Below the pieces are notes generated by a model. That model was given only the letters and a program-made list of their open reading frames with translations, was not told where the DNA came from and made no database searches. Shown here piece after piece: positions 36,483-46,880 of a stretch of 64,000 nucleotides of DNA (position 1 is its first letter; every line of letters starts with the position of its first letter). Both the position numbers and the translations under genes were made by a program. The stretch comes from Thermodesulfobacteriota bacterium (GTDB lineage Bacteria; Desulfobacterota; Binatia; Bin18): assembly GCA_964291405.2 (NCBI GenBank), contig OZ219926.1, positions 3,232,001 through 3,296,000 on the forward strand, written 5' to 3'.

Positions 36483-37949
36483 TTACTCTGCCCGCACCGA
36501 GGGCCACTGCTCTGCCCAGGGCTTGGCCTGCTCAAGCTGCGAGGCGAGGCGAAACAGCATGTCCTCTCGGCCATAGGCGGCCACGAGTTGGACGCCGATC
36601 GGCAACCCTGCGCTATTCCAGTGAAGCGGCAGCGAGATGGCTGGCTGGCCGGTGACATTAAACGGCACGGTAAACGGCATGAGGGTAGCCGAACGCCGCG
36701 CGCCCCCAAGCGGATTCTCCGCTGTGGAGACAAACTCTCCCAACCGGGGTGGGGGCTCGGCAATGGTTGGGGTGACGAGGATGTCAAAACCGGCGGAGCC
36801 GTCTTCGGGCTGCCACCAGTGGGCGAGCCGACGCGTGTCAGCCTGGAGCCACTCAATGGCTTCGATATAGCGTGTCGCGGTACGGGCTCGACCGATTTCA
36901 GCCATGGCCCAAGTGTGAATCTCCACGTCATCCTGGGTGACGGCTTTGCCCGTCTGTTTACCTAAGGTGTCGATATGAGAAGCGATGGCGCTCGTCAAAA
37001 TCGCCCACACGTGCCGCCGGCGTTCTTGTTCGTCGTTGAGCGCACTGGGATAGGAGTCCTCAACCGTATGACCGAGTGAACTCAGAAGCTGGGCCGTTGT
37101 CTGGACGGCTGCAACGCAGTCCGGGTGCAGAGGGGTCGCCTGCCCAGGGAAATCCGCCAGGACGCCAACCCGCAATACTCCCGGATCAGCGCCGACCTCT
37201 TCAAGAAAGGGGCGCGTCGGCGGAGTGGCAAAATACGGATCGCCCGGCATGGGGCCGGCAATGGCATCAAGAATCGCGGCCGTGTCGCGTACACTCCGCG
37301 TCACAACGTGTTCGTTGACCAGACCCTGCCAGACCTCGCCGTATTCCGGTCCGAGGGAGACGCGCGAACGGGTGGATTTGAGCCCAACCAGACCACACTC
37401 GCTGGCCGGCACCCGAGTCGAACCCCCCCCGTCGTTGGCATGGGCCGCCGGGACCATGCCCGAGGCCACGGCCGCGCCGGCGCCACCGCTGGAGCCGCCG
37501 GTGGAGTGCTCTGTGTTCCAGGGATTCCGACTCGGGCCGTAGGCGTCCGGTTCGGTCGTTGGCATGGTCGCAAACTCGGGCGTATTGGTCTTGCCGAGGA
37601 AGATAAGGCCCGCGGCTTTAAGTTTGGCGGCCATATAAGTGTCTTCTTTTGCGGTCCAGCCAAGCTCTTTCAGAAAGCGGCTGCCTTGATGATAGGGGTC
37701 GCCAGCGGAATGACAGCCAAAGTCTTTGAGGAGAAAGGGGACGCCGGTGAATGGCCCGTCGGGTAACTGCGGCGATTTTGCCTGGTCGCGCGCTTTCTCA
37801 AAAAGAGGCGTGATTACGGCGTTGAGCTGTGGGTTGACGTGCTCAATGCGGGCAATGGCGGCGTCTACCAGTTCGAGTGGCGTTGCTTGTCCTGTACGGA
37901 CGAGGTCGGCCTGCGCCAATGCGTCGAGGTGGGCGAGTTGGTCAGCCAT
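36483..37949 (-). CDS. Amidase (amidase-signature family)
   Basis: GVPFLLKD, GKTNTPEF, GGSSGG, DGGGSTRVPA. Confidence 0.93.
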   Translation of the reverse strand: MADQLAHLDALAQADLVRTGQATPLELVDAAIARIEHVNPQLNAVITPLFEKARDQAKSPQLPDGPFTGVPFLLKDFGCHSAGDPYHQGSRFLKELGWTAKEDTYMAAKLKAAGLIFLGKTNTPEFATMPTTEPDAYGPSRNPWNTEHSTGGSSGGAGAAVASGMVPAAHANDGGGSTRVPASECGLVGLKSTRSRVSLGPEYGEVWQGLVNEHVVTRSVRDTAAILDAIAGPMPGDPYFATPPTRPFLEEVGADPGVLRVGVLADFPGQATPLHPDCVAAVQTTAQLLSSLGHTVEDSYPSALNDEQERRRHVWAILTSAIASHIDTLGKQTGKAVTQDDVEIHTWAMAEIGRARTATRYIEAIEWLQADTRRLAHWWQPEDGSAGFDILVTPTIAEPPPRLGEFVSTAENPLGGARRSATLMPFTVPFNVTGQPAISLPLHWNSAGLPIGVQLVAAYGREDMLFRLASQLEQAKPWAEQWPSVRAE

Positions 37950-38139
37950 AATATATCCCTCCAGTGTGAATACCTCCTCCTAACAAAGGCAAAGACAAAT
38001 GAGAAGAGAGACCCGCGCCAAACCAGGCTTTCCCTTTACTGGCGTTGACGGTCACATCTCGTCCTAACGCTCTCTGGGGCATTCCCTATCTTTATGTCCT
38101 CTTGACTGGTATGCAGTGCTGACGGAAAGGAGAGGCACT

Positions 38140-38529
38140 ATGCGTACGGACATTACCCCGCCAGCAATGCGGAATATCAGAGAACGTTTCCACTACTCTC
38201 CGGGCGTGAGGGCCGGGAACTTCTTGTATATCGCCGGACAGGTCGGTCGGGATGAGAACTTACAGGTTGTAGCGGATAAGGAAGCGCAGTTTGTGCAGGC
38301 GTTTGAAAACGTCAAAAAAGTACTGACTGAAGCCGGCGCGACGTTTGACGATGTCGTGGAGATGGTCACCTACCATACCGACCTGCGCGACCTGCAGCTC
38401 TTTATTGACGTCAAAGATCGCTACATTACGAATCTTGACCGACTCCCGGCCTGGACGGGAATCGGCACTCCCGCGCTGGCGATGCCTGGGCTCCTTGTCG
38501 AGATTAAATGCACTGCGTATCTGGAATAG
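38140..38529 (+). CDS. RidA/YjgF family protein
   Basis: YSPGVRAG..LYIAGQ, PAWT, LVEIKCTA. Confidence 0.9.
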   Translation: MRTDITPPAMRNIRERFHYSPGVRAGNFLYIAGQVGRDENLQVVADKEAQFVQAFENVKKVLTEAGATFDDVVEMVTYHTDLRDLQLFIDVKDRYITNLDRLPAWTGIGTPALAMPGLLVEIKCTAYLE

Positions 38530-38560
38530 TGTCACTCCTGCATTGCAGAAAGTAGGGTAC

Positions 38561-39823
38561 ATGCCGCAAGCCGAACAAGTGGGACAAGAACAGCCCACAT
38601 ACGGGTGGGTCATCGTCTTTGCCGGACTTATCATCAGCCTGTGTATGTACGGCGTCATCGAGTCTTTCGCCATTATGTTCAAGCCTATTGCCGAGCAGTT
38701 TTCCTGGGATCGGGGTACGGTTTCGGTCGCGTCAATGATCAGCTGGACCAGTTTTGGCATCTCCAGCCTGATCTGTGGCCGCCTGAGCGACCATTTTGGT
38801 TCTAAGTGGGTGATTATTACTGGGGGTCTGTTCTTTGTGGCCGGTACGTTTTTGATGAGCCAGGTGCAATCCCTGTGGCAACTCTATGTGTATTTTGGGG
38901 TAGTGTTGGCGATCGGCCGCTCGGCCACGGGTGTCCCGATGGTGGCCCTGGTGACCAAGTGGTTCGTGAAGCGCCAGGGGCTGGCGCTGGCCATTGCTCA
39001 GTCTCAAAATGTAGGCTCGGCTGTGTTTGCTCCTCTGGCCGTCTTCCTACTTGCCCGTAATGACTGGCGCTGGTCGTATATCTGGCTCGGGGTGATTACC
39101 CTCATAGTGCTCCCCCTCTCCATGCTCATGCGGGATAAGAAGGTCGCATCGACTGAGGCTCTGAAGTCAGGCTCAGCGCATGATCCAGCATCTGTCTCAG
39201 CTCCCGGCATGACACTAGGTGAAGCCATGCGGACGCGGGCCTTTTGGACGCTGAACCTCATGGTCCTGGGCTGCTGCATGTGTCACTCGTGTATTTTGTT
39301 GCACGGGTTCAACCATATGACTGACGTAGGTGTGCTGGAATCGGTCGCGGCCCGGGTCGTCATGCTAATGGCCGTGTTCGGCATGATCGGAAAGATCATC
39401 AACGGTCTGTTAGCCGACCGGATTGGCGCGAAGTGGGCCATTGCGTTCTTTCTCGGTCTCCAGGCGGTGATGATCCCGTTTTTTATTGAAGCCCGCCAAG
39501 CGCCCTCTTTTTACTCGTGGGCTATCCTGTTCGGGCTAGGTTTTGGTGGGCCCATGCCGGTCTATGCCATGCTCTTCCGGGAGTATTTCGGCACGCGGGC
39601 CATTGGGACCATCTTAGGTGCGTTCTTTATGGTTGCGTCCATCGGTATGGGATCGGGCGGCATGATGGGTGGCTTCTTGCATAGCGAGTTTGGGGATTAT
39701 GTCGTGCCGTTTCTGACGAGTACGAGCACCGGTACGCTCGCGGCCATTCTCGCCCTGACTTTACCGTCTTCGACGCGAGTAGCTCGGATGCCGGTGCCGC
39801 AAGTCAGCCTCCAGACCAGTTGA
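38561..39823 (+). CDS. MFS transporter (MCT/OFA-like)
   Basis: YGWVIV, GRLSDHFG, KWFVKRQGLA; multiple TM segments. Confidence 0.9.
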   Translation: MPQAEQVGQEQPTYGWVIVFAGLIISLCMYGVIESFAIMFKPIAEQFSWDRGTVSVASMISWTSFGISSLICGRLSDHFGSKWVIITGGLFFVAGTFLMSQVQSLWQLYVYFGVVLAIGRSATGVPMVALVTKWFVKRQGLALAIAQSQNVGSAVFAPLAVFLLARNDWRWSYIWLGVITLIVLPLSMLMRDKKVASTEALKSGSAHDPASVSAPGMTLGEAMRTRAFWTLNLMVLGCCMCHSCILLHGFNHMTDVGVLESVAARVVMLMAVFGMIGKIINGLLADRIGAKWAIAFFLGLQAVMIPFFIEARQAPSFYSWAILFGLGFGGPMPVYAMLFREYFGTRAIGTILGAFFMVASIGMGSGGMMGGFLHSEFGDYVVPFLTSTSTGTLAAILALTLPSSTRVARMPVPQVSLQTS

Positions 39824-39920
39824 CCTCTACCGCAGAAAAGCAGTAATGCAGAGGAACGAGTAATGATCTCGGGGAAGCTGCCCCGGCGCAAAGGGCAGCT
39901 TTGTAAAGGAAGGTGAGTGT

Positions 39921-41099
39921 ATGCAGTTCTTTAACTTTCATCTGATGCCATGGCCGCACGTTCCCGAAGACTTTGACGATACCTCGAAATATCCCTCGGC
40001 TTGGGTCACCTTCTCGAACGAACACTATGACCCTGCAAAGGGTCGTGACATCTATAATCGCTATCTTGACGAGCTGGAATACGCAGAAACCCTCGGCTTT
40101 GATGGCGTGTGTGTGAATGAGCACCATCAAAACACCTATGGTACCATGCCCTCGCCGAATATCATTGGGGCGCTGCTGGCGCGGCGCACCAACCGTGTCA
40201 AGATTGCCATGGTCGGCAATGGGCTGCCGCTACGGGACCATCCCATCCGGGTTGCCGAAGAAATCGCCATGCTGGACGTGGTGAGCGGGGGGCGTATCAT
40301 TTCCGGCTTTGTACGCGGCATTGGCTGTGAGTATTATTCGATGGGGGTCAATCCGACCCACTCGCTTGCGCGCTTCCGCGAGGCGCACGATCTGATTATT
40401 CGCGCCTGGACGGAGACGGGGCCGTTTCATTTTGACGGGGAGCACTACCAGGTTCGCTATGTGAACGTGTGGCCCCGCCCGTATCAAAAACCGCACCCGC
40501 AAATCTGGATTCCCGGTTTTGGGAGTAAGGAGACGATGGGCTGGTGTGCGGACCCGGCCCGCAAGTATCCGTATCTGGCCGTGTATATGTCGGACGATCT
40601 GGTCAAGATGTATTTCGATCAGTACCGCGCCGCGGCGGAAGAAAACGGGTATACTGCCTCGCCCTACCAGATGGGCCACTTACTGCCCATCTATGTGGCG
40701 GAAACGGACGAGCGCGCCCGGGAAGAAGCCGCAGAGCATGTACTGTGGCTCTATCACAGAGGGCTGCGTATCCCGCTCAACATGCTGTTCCCACCGGGCT
40801 ATGTCACCCACCAATCCATGCGGCATATTCTCAATATTGCGGACGAGCTGGACTATGCGAGTATGTCTTTTGACGATATGAATGCGCGGGGCTATTGCGT
40901 GGTTGGCAGTGTGGAAACCGTCAGGCAACGACTCGCCGAATCAATCGGTAAGCTGGGCTATGGCATTTTGCTGTCCCTGCTGCAAATCGGCGATATGCCG
41001 CACCACCGGACGATCAAAAATATGGAACTCTTTGCCACTGAAGTCATGCCCTATTTGAAAAAAGAGTTTCAGGACATGCCGGAGAAGTGGGCCGCGTAA
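39921..41099 (+). CDS. LLM-class flavin-dependent oxidoreductase
   Basis: NEHHQ, PIRVAEEIAMLD, GGRIISGFVRG, PYQKPHP. Confidence 0.92.
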   Translation: MQFFNFHLMPWPHVPEDFDDTSKYPSAWVTFSNEHYDPAKGRDIYNRYLDELEYAETLGFDGVCVNEHHQNTYGTMPSPNIIGALLARRTNRVKIAMVGNGLPLRDHPIRVAEEIAMLDVVSGGRIISGFVRGIGCEYYSMGVNPTHSLARFREAHDLIIRAWTETGPFHFDGEHYQVRYVNVWPRPYQKPHPQIWIPGFGSKETMGWCADPARKYPYLAVYMSDDLVKMYFDQYRAAAEENGYTASPYQMGHLLPIYVAETDERAREEAAEHVLWLYHRGLRIPLNMLFPPGYVTHQSMRHILNIADELDYASMSFDDMNARGYCVVGSVETVRQRLAESIGKLGYGILLSLLQIGDMPHHRTIKNMELFATEVMPYLKKEFQDMPEKWAA

Positions 41100-41176
41100 G
41101 GCTGGCGTGCGGCAAGGGCTGCGTGTGCGCATGCCTCAGGGTGACGTTTGCCTCCCTTCTTGGCATCCCTCGACCA

Positions 41177-41743
41177 CTAGAGCGAGAGGTTCAACCCGAG
41201 CCGGTGTTGCGATTTGCGCCGCAGCCGGAGTCGGGTCCAGCCTAAGAGCCAGCCAATAAGCAGCACACCTGCCCCGGCAAGAAAGCTCGATACCGAGGCG
41301 TCACGCCGGAGTTGATTCCGCTCCAGCGTCAGGGTTTGGACCTGGGCTGTATGTTCCGCCTCATTCTGCTGTATTTCTTCCTGTGCGGCTTGAAGCAGGG
41401 TGTTTTCCTCCCGAAGACGAGCTAACTCCTGATTCTGTTTGGCGACTTGGTCCTCGAGGAGCTGCACCCGATGTGCGGTTGGGATTTGCTCGGTCACATA
41501 TCCTTTCAGAATATAGCCCTCGCGTCCGTCGGGGAGGGTGACGAGGTAATAATCCTCTTCGGCTTCACGGATCAATGTCACCGCATCACCGGTCTTGAGT
41601 ACGGCAATGATTTTATTGCGCAGGCTCGGGCCTGTCCGTACCATGACTTCACGATAGTCACTCACGTATAAATCTTGCGCCTGACTGGCAGTAGGAAAGA
41701 GAAGAACGAGAACAAAAAATATTGGCAGCTTCCTCATCACCAC
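41177..41743 (-). CDS. SH3 domain protein (TIGR04211/YgiM-like)
   Basis: Signal peptide, YVSD...VRTGPS...II..LKTG, coiled coil, C-terminal TM and basic tail. Confidence 0.85.
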   Translation of the reverse strand: MVMRKLPIFFVLVLLFPTASQAQDLYVSDYREVMVRTGPSLRNKIIAVLKTGDAVTLIREAEEDYYLVTLPDGREGYILKGYVTEQIPTAHRVQLLEDQVAKQNQELARLREENTLLQAAQEEIQQNEAEHTAQVQTLTLERNQLRRDASVSSFLAGAGVLLIGWLLGWTRLRLRRKSQHRLGLNLSL

Positions 41744-41846
41744 ATCACTTACCCCACCGAGATTTCTCTATCGATAACTCGACTGTTCCTTGAGTACAAC
41801 CCCAAGCCTGTGTCGTACCCGCTTTTGCCCTCAGAATAGCACAACC

Positions 41847-42638
41847 TCAAGACGGGTTGCTTGGGAGTTGCTTCAGAACATCCAGCATCGCACTATGTAG
41901 ATGGCCATTTGAGGCCAGGGTTTGTTCGCCACGCAGATCGAGCGTCTGGCCGGAGAAATCGCTGGTCCGTCCCCCTGCCTCTTCGACAATCAACGAGCCT
42001 GCGGCAATATCCCACGGATAGAGACGCCATTCCCAAAAGGCATCGGCTCGACCGCACGCCACATAGCACAGGTCCAGCGCGGCCGACCCGCTCCGTCTTA
42101 CCCCCTGTGTGCGTAGCATAAAGGCTTCATAGTACTGCAGATAAAAAGTACTGTATTTGCGGCGGTCGTAGGGGAATCCGGTGAGCAGCAGGCTCTGGTC
42201 AAGCTGGGAGGCTGTGGAGACACGAATTGGATCCCCGTTGAGCTGCGCGCCCTTTCCTCGCTGCGCGCTAAATGTCTCATTCCGAACGGGGTCATGAACA
42301 ACACCGACGATGGCTGTCGATTCATGGGTCAGGGCCAGAGAGACGGCAAAGTGCGGGTAGGTATGCGCGAAGTTTGTGGTGCCATCCAAGGGGTCAATAT
42401 ACCAACAATATGGACTCTGAGGACCGGATTGAGCAGACTCCTCAGCGATAATGGTGTGTGTGGGGAAGTGAGTACGGAGCTGCTCAGTAATCAAACGGTC
42501 GGCCGCTCTGTCCACATTGGTGACCAGATCGACCATATCGGTTTTCACACTGACCTGTTTTGTTTTAAATCGGTTTTCCTGGAGCAACTCCCCGGCCTGC
42601 CGCGCGATAGCCTGCGCAACCTCCAGGGCGGCTGTCAT
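41847..42638 (-). CDS. suhB: Inositol monophosphatase
   Basis: DLVT, WYIDPLDGTTNF, RRSGSAALDL, PWDIAAG. Confidence 0.93.
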   Translation of the reverse strand: MTAALEVAQAIARQAGELLQENRFKTKQVSVKTDMVDLVTNVDRAADRLITEQLRTHFPTHTIIAEESAQSGPQSPYCWYIDPLDGTTNFAHTYPHFAVSLALTHESTAIVGVVHDPVRNETFSAQRGKGAQLNGDPIRVSTASQLDQSLLLTGFPYDRRKYSTFYLQYYEAFMLRTQGVRRSGSAALDLCYVACGRADAFWEWRLYPWDIAAGSLIVEEAGGRTSDFSGQTLDLRGEQTLASNGHLHSAMLDVLKQLPSNPS

Positions 42639-42716
42639 CAAGTCGTGCACATTGGTATTGTGGCAAGTGGAACTTCGGTCTGCAAGGCCTTGGAGGACGC
42701 CGGACAAAGGAAAGCC

Positions 42717-43610
42717 ATGCGTGTTCTTGCTCCCGCAAAGGTTAATCTTTTCTTACGCATTATTGGCCAACGGCCCGATGGTTACCACTTGCTCGACTCC
42801 CTGATGGCTCCCGTCAGCCTGTACGACGAACTCGAAATTACAGCGGAGAGGATGGTGGGGACGGAGCCACACATCCGTGTGCGCTGTAACGACCCAATAA
42901 TTCCCACCGACCAATCAAATCTCGCCTATCGAGCAGCGGCCTTACTCTGCCAGGAAGCTGGTATCGGTGCACACATCACTATTACTTTGCACAAGAACAT
43001 CCCTGCTGGTGCGGGGCTCGGCGGCGGGAGCAGCGATGCCGCGGCTGTGCTGAAGGCGCTGAACCAAGCATTCTCACTCGGACTGAACACCGACCATTTG
43101 TGTCGGCTTGCCGCCCAGCTTGGTGCAGATATTCCTTTTTTTGTCCCGTGTCAGATGGCTCGTGTGGGTGGGATTGGGGAAGTCTTAACGCCGCTTCCAC
43201 CTCTTCCACAACGCTGGCTCGTCGTTGTGGTTCCGGGCTTTCCGGTTGCGACTCCGTGGGCGTATCAACATTTTGATGCGCTTCAGCCGGACTTGCCGGA
43301 GTCGCAGCACCATGCAATCGACCGAACTCCACCACTTGACACGCAGCAATGGCCGAGTGCTGCCTTCTTCATTAATGACCTTGAACGGGCGGTCCTGCCG
43401 GAGTACCCCCTGATTGCGGACAGAAAAAAACAACTCTCCGCCCTTGGTGCGGAAGTGGCCTTGATGTCTGGGAGCGGCTCCGCCGTCTTTGGCATCTTCA
43501 AGACCCAGGAGGCCGCCACGCACGCTGCGGCAGCTTTGGCTGGCTCGGAAAACGTATTTGTGGTGACGCTGCTGGAGGATGCTTCCACTCCGGTAACGGT
43601 TGATCTATAA
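42717..43610 (+). CDS. ispE: 4-(cytidine 5'-diphospho)-2-C-methyl-D-erythritol kinase
   Basis: APAKVNLFL, DGYH, IPAGAGLGGGSSDAA, MSGSGS. Confidence 0.96.
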   Translation: MRVLAPAKVNLFLRIIGQRPDGYHLLDSLMAPVSLYDELEITAERMVGTEPHIRVRCNDPIIPTDQSNLAYRAAALLCQEAGIGAHITITLHKNIPAGAGLGGGSSDAAAVLKALNQAFSLGLNTDHLCRLAAQLGADIPFFVPCQMARVGGIGEVLTPLPPLPQRWLVVVVPGFPVATPWAYQHFDALQPDLPESQHHAIDRTPPLDTQQWPSAAFFINDLERAVLPEYPLIADRKKQLSALGAEVALMSGSGSAVFGIFKTQEAATHAAAALAGSENVFVVTLLEDASTPVTVDL

Positions 43611-43826
43611 CCGTAGGAGCAGGTAGACTTTTTTCGCGAAAGATGCTAATGGCTGTGGCCTCAAGGAAGTCTGGTGGATTCTATAATCCGCTGATTTCAT
43701 TAAACAATCAGATCGTTTAGAAGCTCGTCCAATACGGTCAGCAGTGATAGTGGTGGAATATCGACGTTCGAGAAGAAAAGAGAAACTGAGCGGCCGAGAG
43801 CCATACTACTATCACTGCCATCCTGG

Positions 43827-43900
43827 TGGGGAGTCGCCAAGTCAGGCAAGGCACCGGGTTTTGGTCCCGGCATTCGCAGGTTCGAATCCTGCCTCCCCAG
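43827..43900 (+). tRNA. tRNA-Gln(TTG), CCA not encoded
   Basis: TGGGGAG/CTCCCCA acceptor, CCGGG-TTTTGGT-CCCGG anticodon arm, GGTTCGAATCC; usual ispE-tRNA-Gln-prs position. Confidence 0.96.
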
Positions 43901-43969
43901 TTCCCTCTCTTCCGGGCAGGAGCAGAAAATGACGCCGTTCATCCCCCTATCCATGTGAGACACACCGCC

Positions 43970-44935
43970 GTGCTAAAAATATTTTCCGGAAATTCAAATC
44001 GTCCGCTTGCGCAAGAAATATGTGCCTATTTGGGAACCTCGCTCGGTGCGGCCGATATCCGCACGTTCAGCGATGGCGAGATTGCGGTGGAGATCACCGA
44101 GAATGTGCGTGGCGGGGATATCTTTGTTGTCCAGTCAATCTGCACGCCAGGCAACGATAATCTAATGGAACTCCTGCTGATGATCGACGCCTTTAAGCGG
44201 GCGTCCGCTAACCGCATCACGGCCGTGATTCCGTACTACGGCTATGCTCGCCAGGATCGAAAGGTTGCGCCCCGGGTTCCTATTAGTGCCAAACTCGTCG
44301 CCGACCTGTTGACCGCGGCGGGAGCCTCACGGGTGCTCACGGCAGAACTCCATGCTGGACAAATCCAGGGATTTTTCAATATTCCGGTGGACAATCTTTT
44401 TTCCGCACCGGTGCTGTTGCCGTATCTGCGTTCCCGCATTGGCAGCGAACCGGTCAGTGTCGTATCCCCGGATGCCGGGGGCGTGGAGCGCGCACGTGCC
44501 TTTGCGAAGCGTCTGGGGGCCTCACTCGCCATTATCGATAAGCGTCGTGCGCAGGAGAACGAAAGTGAGATTGCAGGCAAGGCGAATCGGGATGTGATTG
44601 AAATGAATGTGATCGGTGAAGTCGATGGCCGTATCGCTATTCTCGTTGATGATATGGTGGACACCGCCGGAACGTTGACCACCGCGGCAAAAGGGCTTCA
44701 AGATGCTGGGGCGCAAGCGGTGATTGCTTGCTGTACGCATGCCGTGCTGTCTGGCCCGGCGATAGAGCGGGTGCGGGCGTCTGCTCTCGAAGAGTTGGTT
44801 GTCACGAATTCCATCCCCATTACGCCAGAGGCGCGGGAGACTGGAAAAGTCCACGTCCTTTCACTTGCCACCTTGATCGGAGAGTCCATTCGCCGGATTC
44901 ACAATGAAGAATCCATTAGCTCATTGTTCGTGTAA
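43970..44935 (+). CDS. prs: Ribose-phosphate pyrophosphokinase
   Basis: [34 protein letters not shown]; GTG start approximate. Confidence 0.96.
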   Translation: MLKIFSGNSNRPLAQEICAYLGTSLGAADIRTFSDGEIAVEITENVRGGDIFVVQSICTPGNDNLMELLLMIDAFKRASANRITAVIPYYGYARQDRKVAPRVPISAKLVADLLTAAGASRVLTAELHAGQIQGFFNIPVDNLFSAPVLLPYLRSRIGSEPVSVVSPDAGGVERARAFAKRLGASLAIIDKRRAQENESEIAGKANRDVIEMNVIGEVDGRIAILVDDMVDTAGTLTTAAKGLQDAGAQAVIACCTHAVLSGPAIERVRASALEELVVTNSIPITPEARETGKVHVLSLATLIGESIRRIHNEESISSLFV

Positions 44936-44959
44936 GCTGTTGGATAGAGAAGGAAAACA

Positions 44960-45625
44960 ATGGAAACCATCAAACTGAGTGTTGAACAGCGACAAGAAAA
45001 AGGCAAAGGGGAAATGGGCCGACTCCGACGGAGTGGAAGAGTGCCCGGTGTCTTTTATGGCCCAGGAACAAGTACCGTTTCCGTCTGTGTTAATACACGG
45101 GAATTCCAATATAAGGTCGAAGGCTTAGAGGGGTCCCACCTGATTGAATTTCTTTCACAGACAACAGACCTCAATGGCAGAATTGCACTCCTCAAAGATG
45201 TTCAGCATCATCCTGTGACTACGGAACCGTTGCACATCGACTTCTATGAGATTGATGTCAAGGTGCCGATTCAGGTCGGTGTCCCCGTCCACCTTGTTGG
45301 CAAAGCGGAGGGCGTCACTGCTGGTGGGGTCTTACACTACTTCCGACGCGAGATCATGGTGGAATGCCTCCCGCTTGATATCCCTGAGAGTATTGAGATC
45401 GATGTGACGCCGCTTGAGATCAACGACGCTGTCCGGGTTGAGGATTTGCCATTACCGTCCGGCGTCTCAGCGCTTGAGGACGCTCAACTCATGCTTGCCT
45501 CTATCGCGGCTCCAACCGTGGAGGCAGAGACGGAGGAAGAAGAAGGAGCCGACGAAGCTCTAGCCGAGGATGGAGGGGCATCGGAAGCTGGAGAAACTCC
45601 GAGTGGGGAGACTCCGACTGAGTGA
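44960..45625 (+). CDS. rplY: 50S ribosomal protein L25/Ctc
   Basis: RLRRSGRVPGVFYG, QHHPV...HIDF, long CTC form. Confidence 0.95.
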   Translation: METIKLSVEQRQEKGKGEMGRLRRSGRVPGVFYGPGTSTVSVCVNTREFQYKVEGLEGSHLIEFLSQTTDLNGRIALLKDVQHHPVTTEPLHIDFYEIDVKVPIQVGVPVHLVGKAEGVTAGGVLHYFRREIMVECLPLDIPESIEIDVTPLEINDAVRVEDLPLPSGVSALEDAQLMLASIAAPTVEAETEEEEGADEALAEDGGASEAGETPSGETPTE

Positions 45626-45677
45626 TGGGAGGCTGTTGCCGCAGATACGACGAATGTGGCACTCCTCGTATAGGCTT

Positions 45678-46280
45678 ATGTCTGCGATCATTGGGCTCGG
45701 AAACCCCGGTCGGGACTACGAAAAAACTCGTCATAACATCGGCTTTTGGGTCATTGATATCCTAGCGGAACGATGGGGGACCAGTTTGTCTCAGTCGATA
45801 TGCTCCTCCCGAGTGGCTTGGACGTGCTGGAACGGGAGAAAGGTCGGCCTTGTTCAGCCACAGACCTTTATGAATCACAGTGGACTAGCGGTTGGGTGCG
45901 TGTGTGAAAAATATCAATTGCAGCCGATGGATTGTATCGTTGTGCACGATGACGTAGACATTCCGCTCGGCCACCTGCGTATTAAACGGACTGGTGGTTC
46001 AGGTGGACACCGCGGCGTAGCCTCGATTATGACCGCTCTGGACAGCCCGGACTTTATCCGCGTAAAGCTTGGAATTGGCCGTCCTGCTGCCGGGCTCGAT
46101 ACTGCCGACTTTGTGCTTCAGCCCTTTACTCAGGAGGAAGAAGCCTTTATCCTCCCGGCGGCACAACGCGCAGCGAGTGTGGTTGAGCGTATCCTTACGG
46201 ACGGGCTCGAGCAGGCTATGGCGTTGTGGAATGGCGCGGATTCTGCGACGCTCGCACACCCCGCGCAGGAGGAGCGCTAA
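45678..46280 (+). CDS. pth: Peptidyl-tRNA hydrolase
   Basis: GLGNPG..YEKTRHNIGF, TFMNHSG, HDDVD, GGHRG. Confidence 0.96.
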   Translation: MSAIIGLGNPGRDYEKTRHNIGFWVIDILAERWGTSLSQSICSSRVAWTCWNGRKVGLVQPQTFMNHSGLAVGCVCEKYQLQPMDCIVVHDDVDIPLGHLRIKRTGGSGGHRGVASIMTALDSPDFIRVKLGIGRPAAGLDTADFVLQPFTQEEEAFILPAAQRAASVVERILTDGLEQAMALWNGADSATLAHPAQEER

Positions 46281-46349
46281 AAAATTTCACCTCATCCGCC
46301 CAGCGTGAGAGGTGAACGAAGTATTGAGAGAGACCCATCGGAGGAGTTC

Positions 46350-46871
46350 ATGCCGATTTATGAAACAGTATGCATTCTCCACCCGGAACTTTCTGAGGCA
46401 CGGGTGAAGGATGTGATTGAAGGGATGCAAAAGACTCTGGAGCAGAGTCAGGCCAGTCTATTGCAGGTTGAAGAATGGGGGATGCGGAATTTAGCCTACG
46501 ATATTCAAAAGCAGAGACGTGGCTACTATGTGCGTTTAGAATACGAATCTCCTCCTCAAACGGTTAAGGATTTTGAGCGTGGCCTACGGCTGAGTGAAGA
46601 CACCATGCGCTTTTTGTCCGTTGCGCGCTCCGCTCCATCAGATGGACAGTCTCCCATTCCTCCGGGTGGCTTTACCGACCGCTCTACGGGTCATCCACCT
46701 GAGGCGAGTACGAAGCCCATGTCGGCGGAGGCCCATCCTGCCCCGAGTGCTCCTGCAGAAAACGCAGAATCGGTGGAGACTGAAGTGCAAGCGGAGGCTC
46801 CAGCCGAGTCGGAAAGCGCCGAGACGGTCGAGACGCGGCCCGATTCGGAGGGAGAGACGAACGAGGAGTGA
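46350..46871 (+). CDS. rpsF: 30S ribosomal protein S6 with long C-terminal extension
   Basis: YETVCILHP, EEWGMRNLAYDIQK..RGYY. Confidence 0.95.
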   Translation: MPIYETVCILHPELSEARVKDVIEGMQKTLEQSQASLLQVEEWGMRNLAYDIQKQRRGYYVRLEYESPPQTVKDFERGLRLSEDTMRFLSVARSAPSDGQSPIPPGGFTDRSTGHPPEASTKPMSAEAHPAPSAPAENAESVETEVQAEAPAESESAETVETRPDSEGETNEE

Positions 46872-46880
46872 GTGGCTTGC

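Noticed and set aside
39873-39902. Hairpin AAGCTGCCC/GGGCAGCTT as a riboswitch
   Set aside because: No aptamer motif recognised; likely a simple terminator or stabilising stem
43826-43969. Prs N-terminal extension
   Set aside because: Reads through tRNA-Gln; not coding
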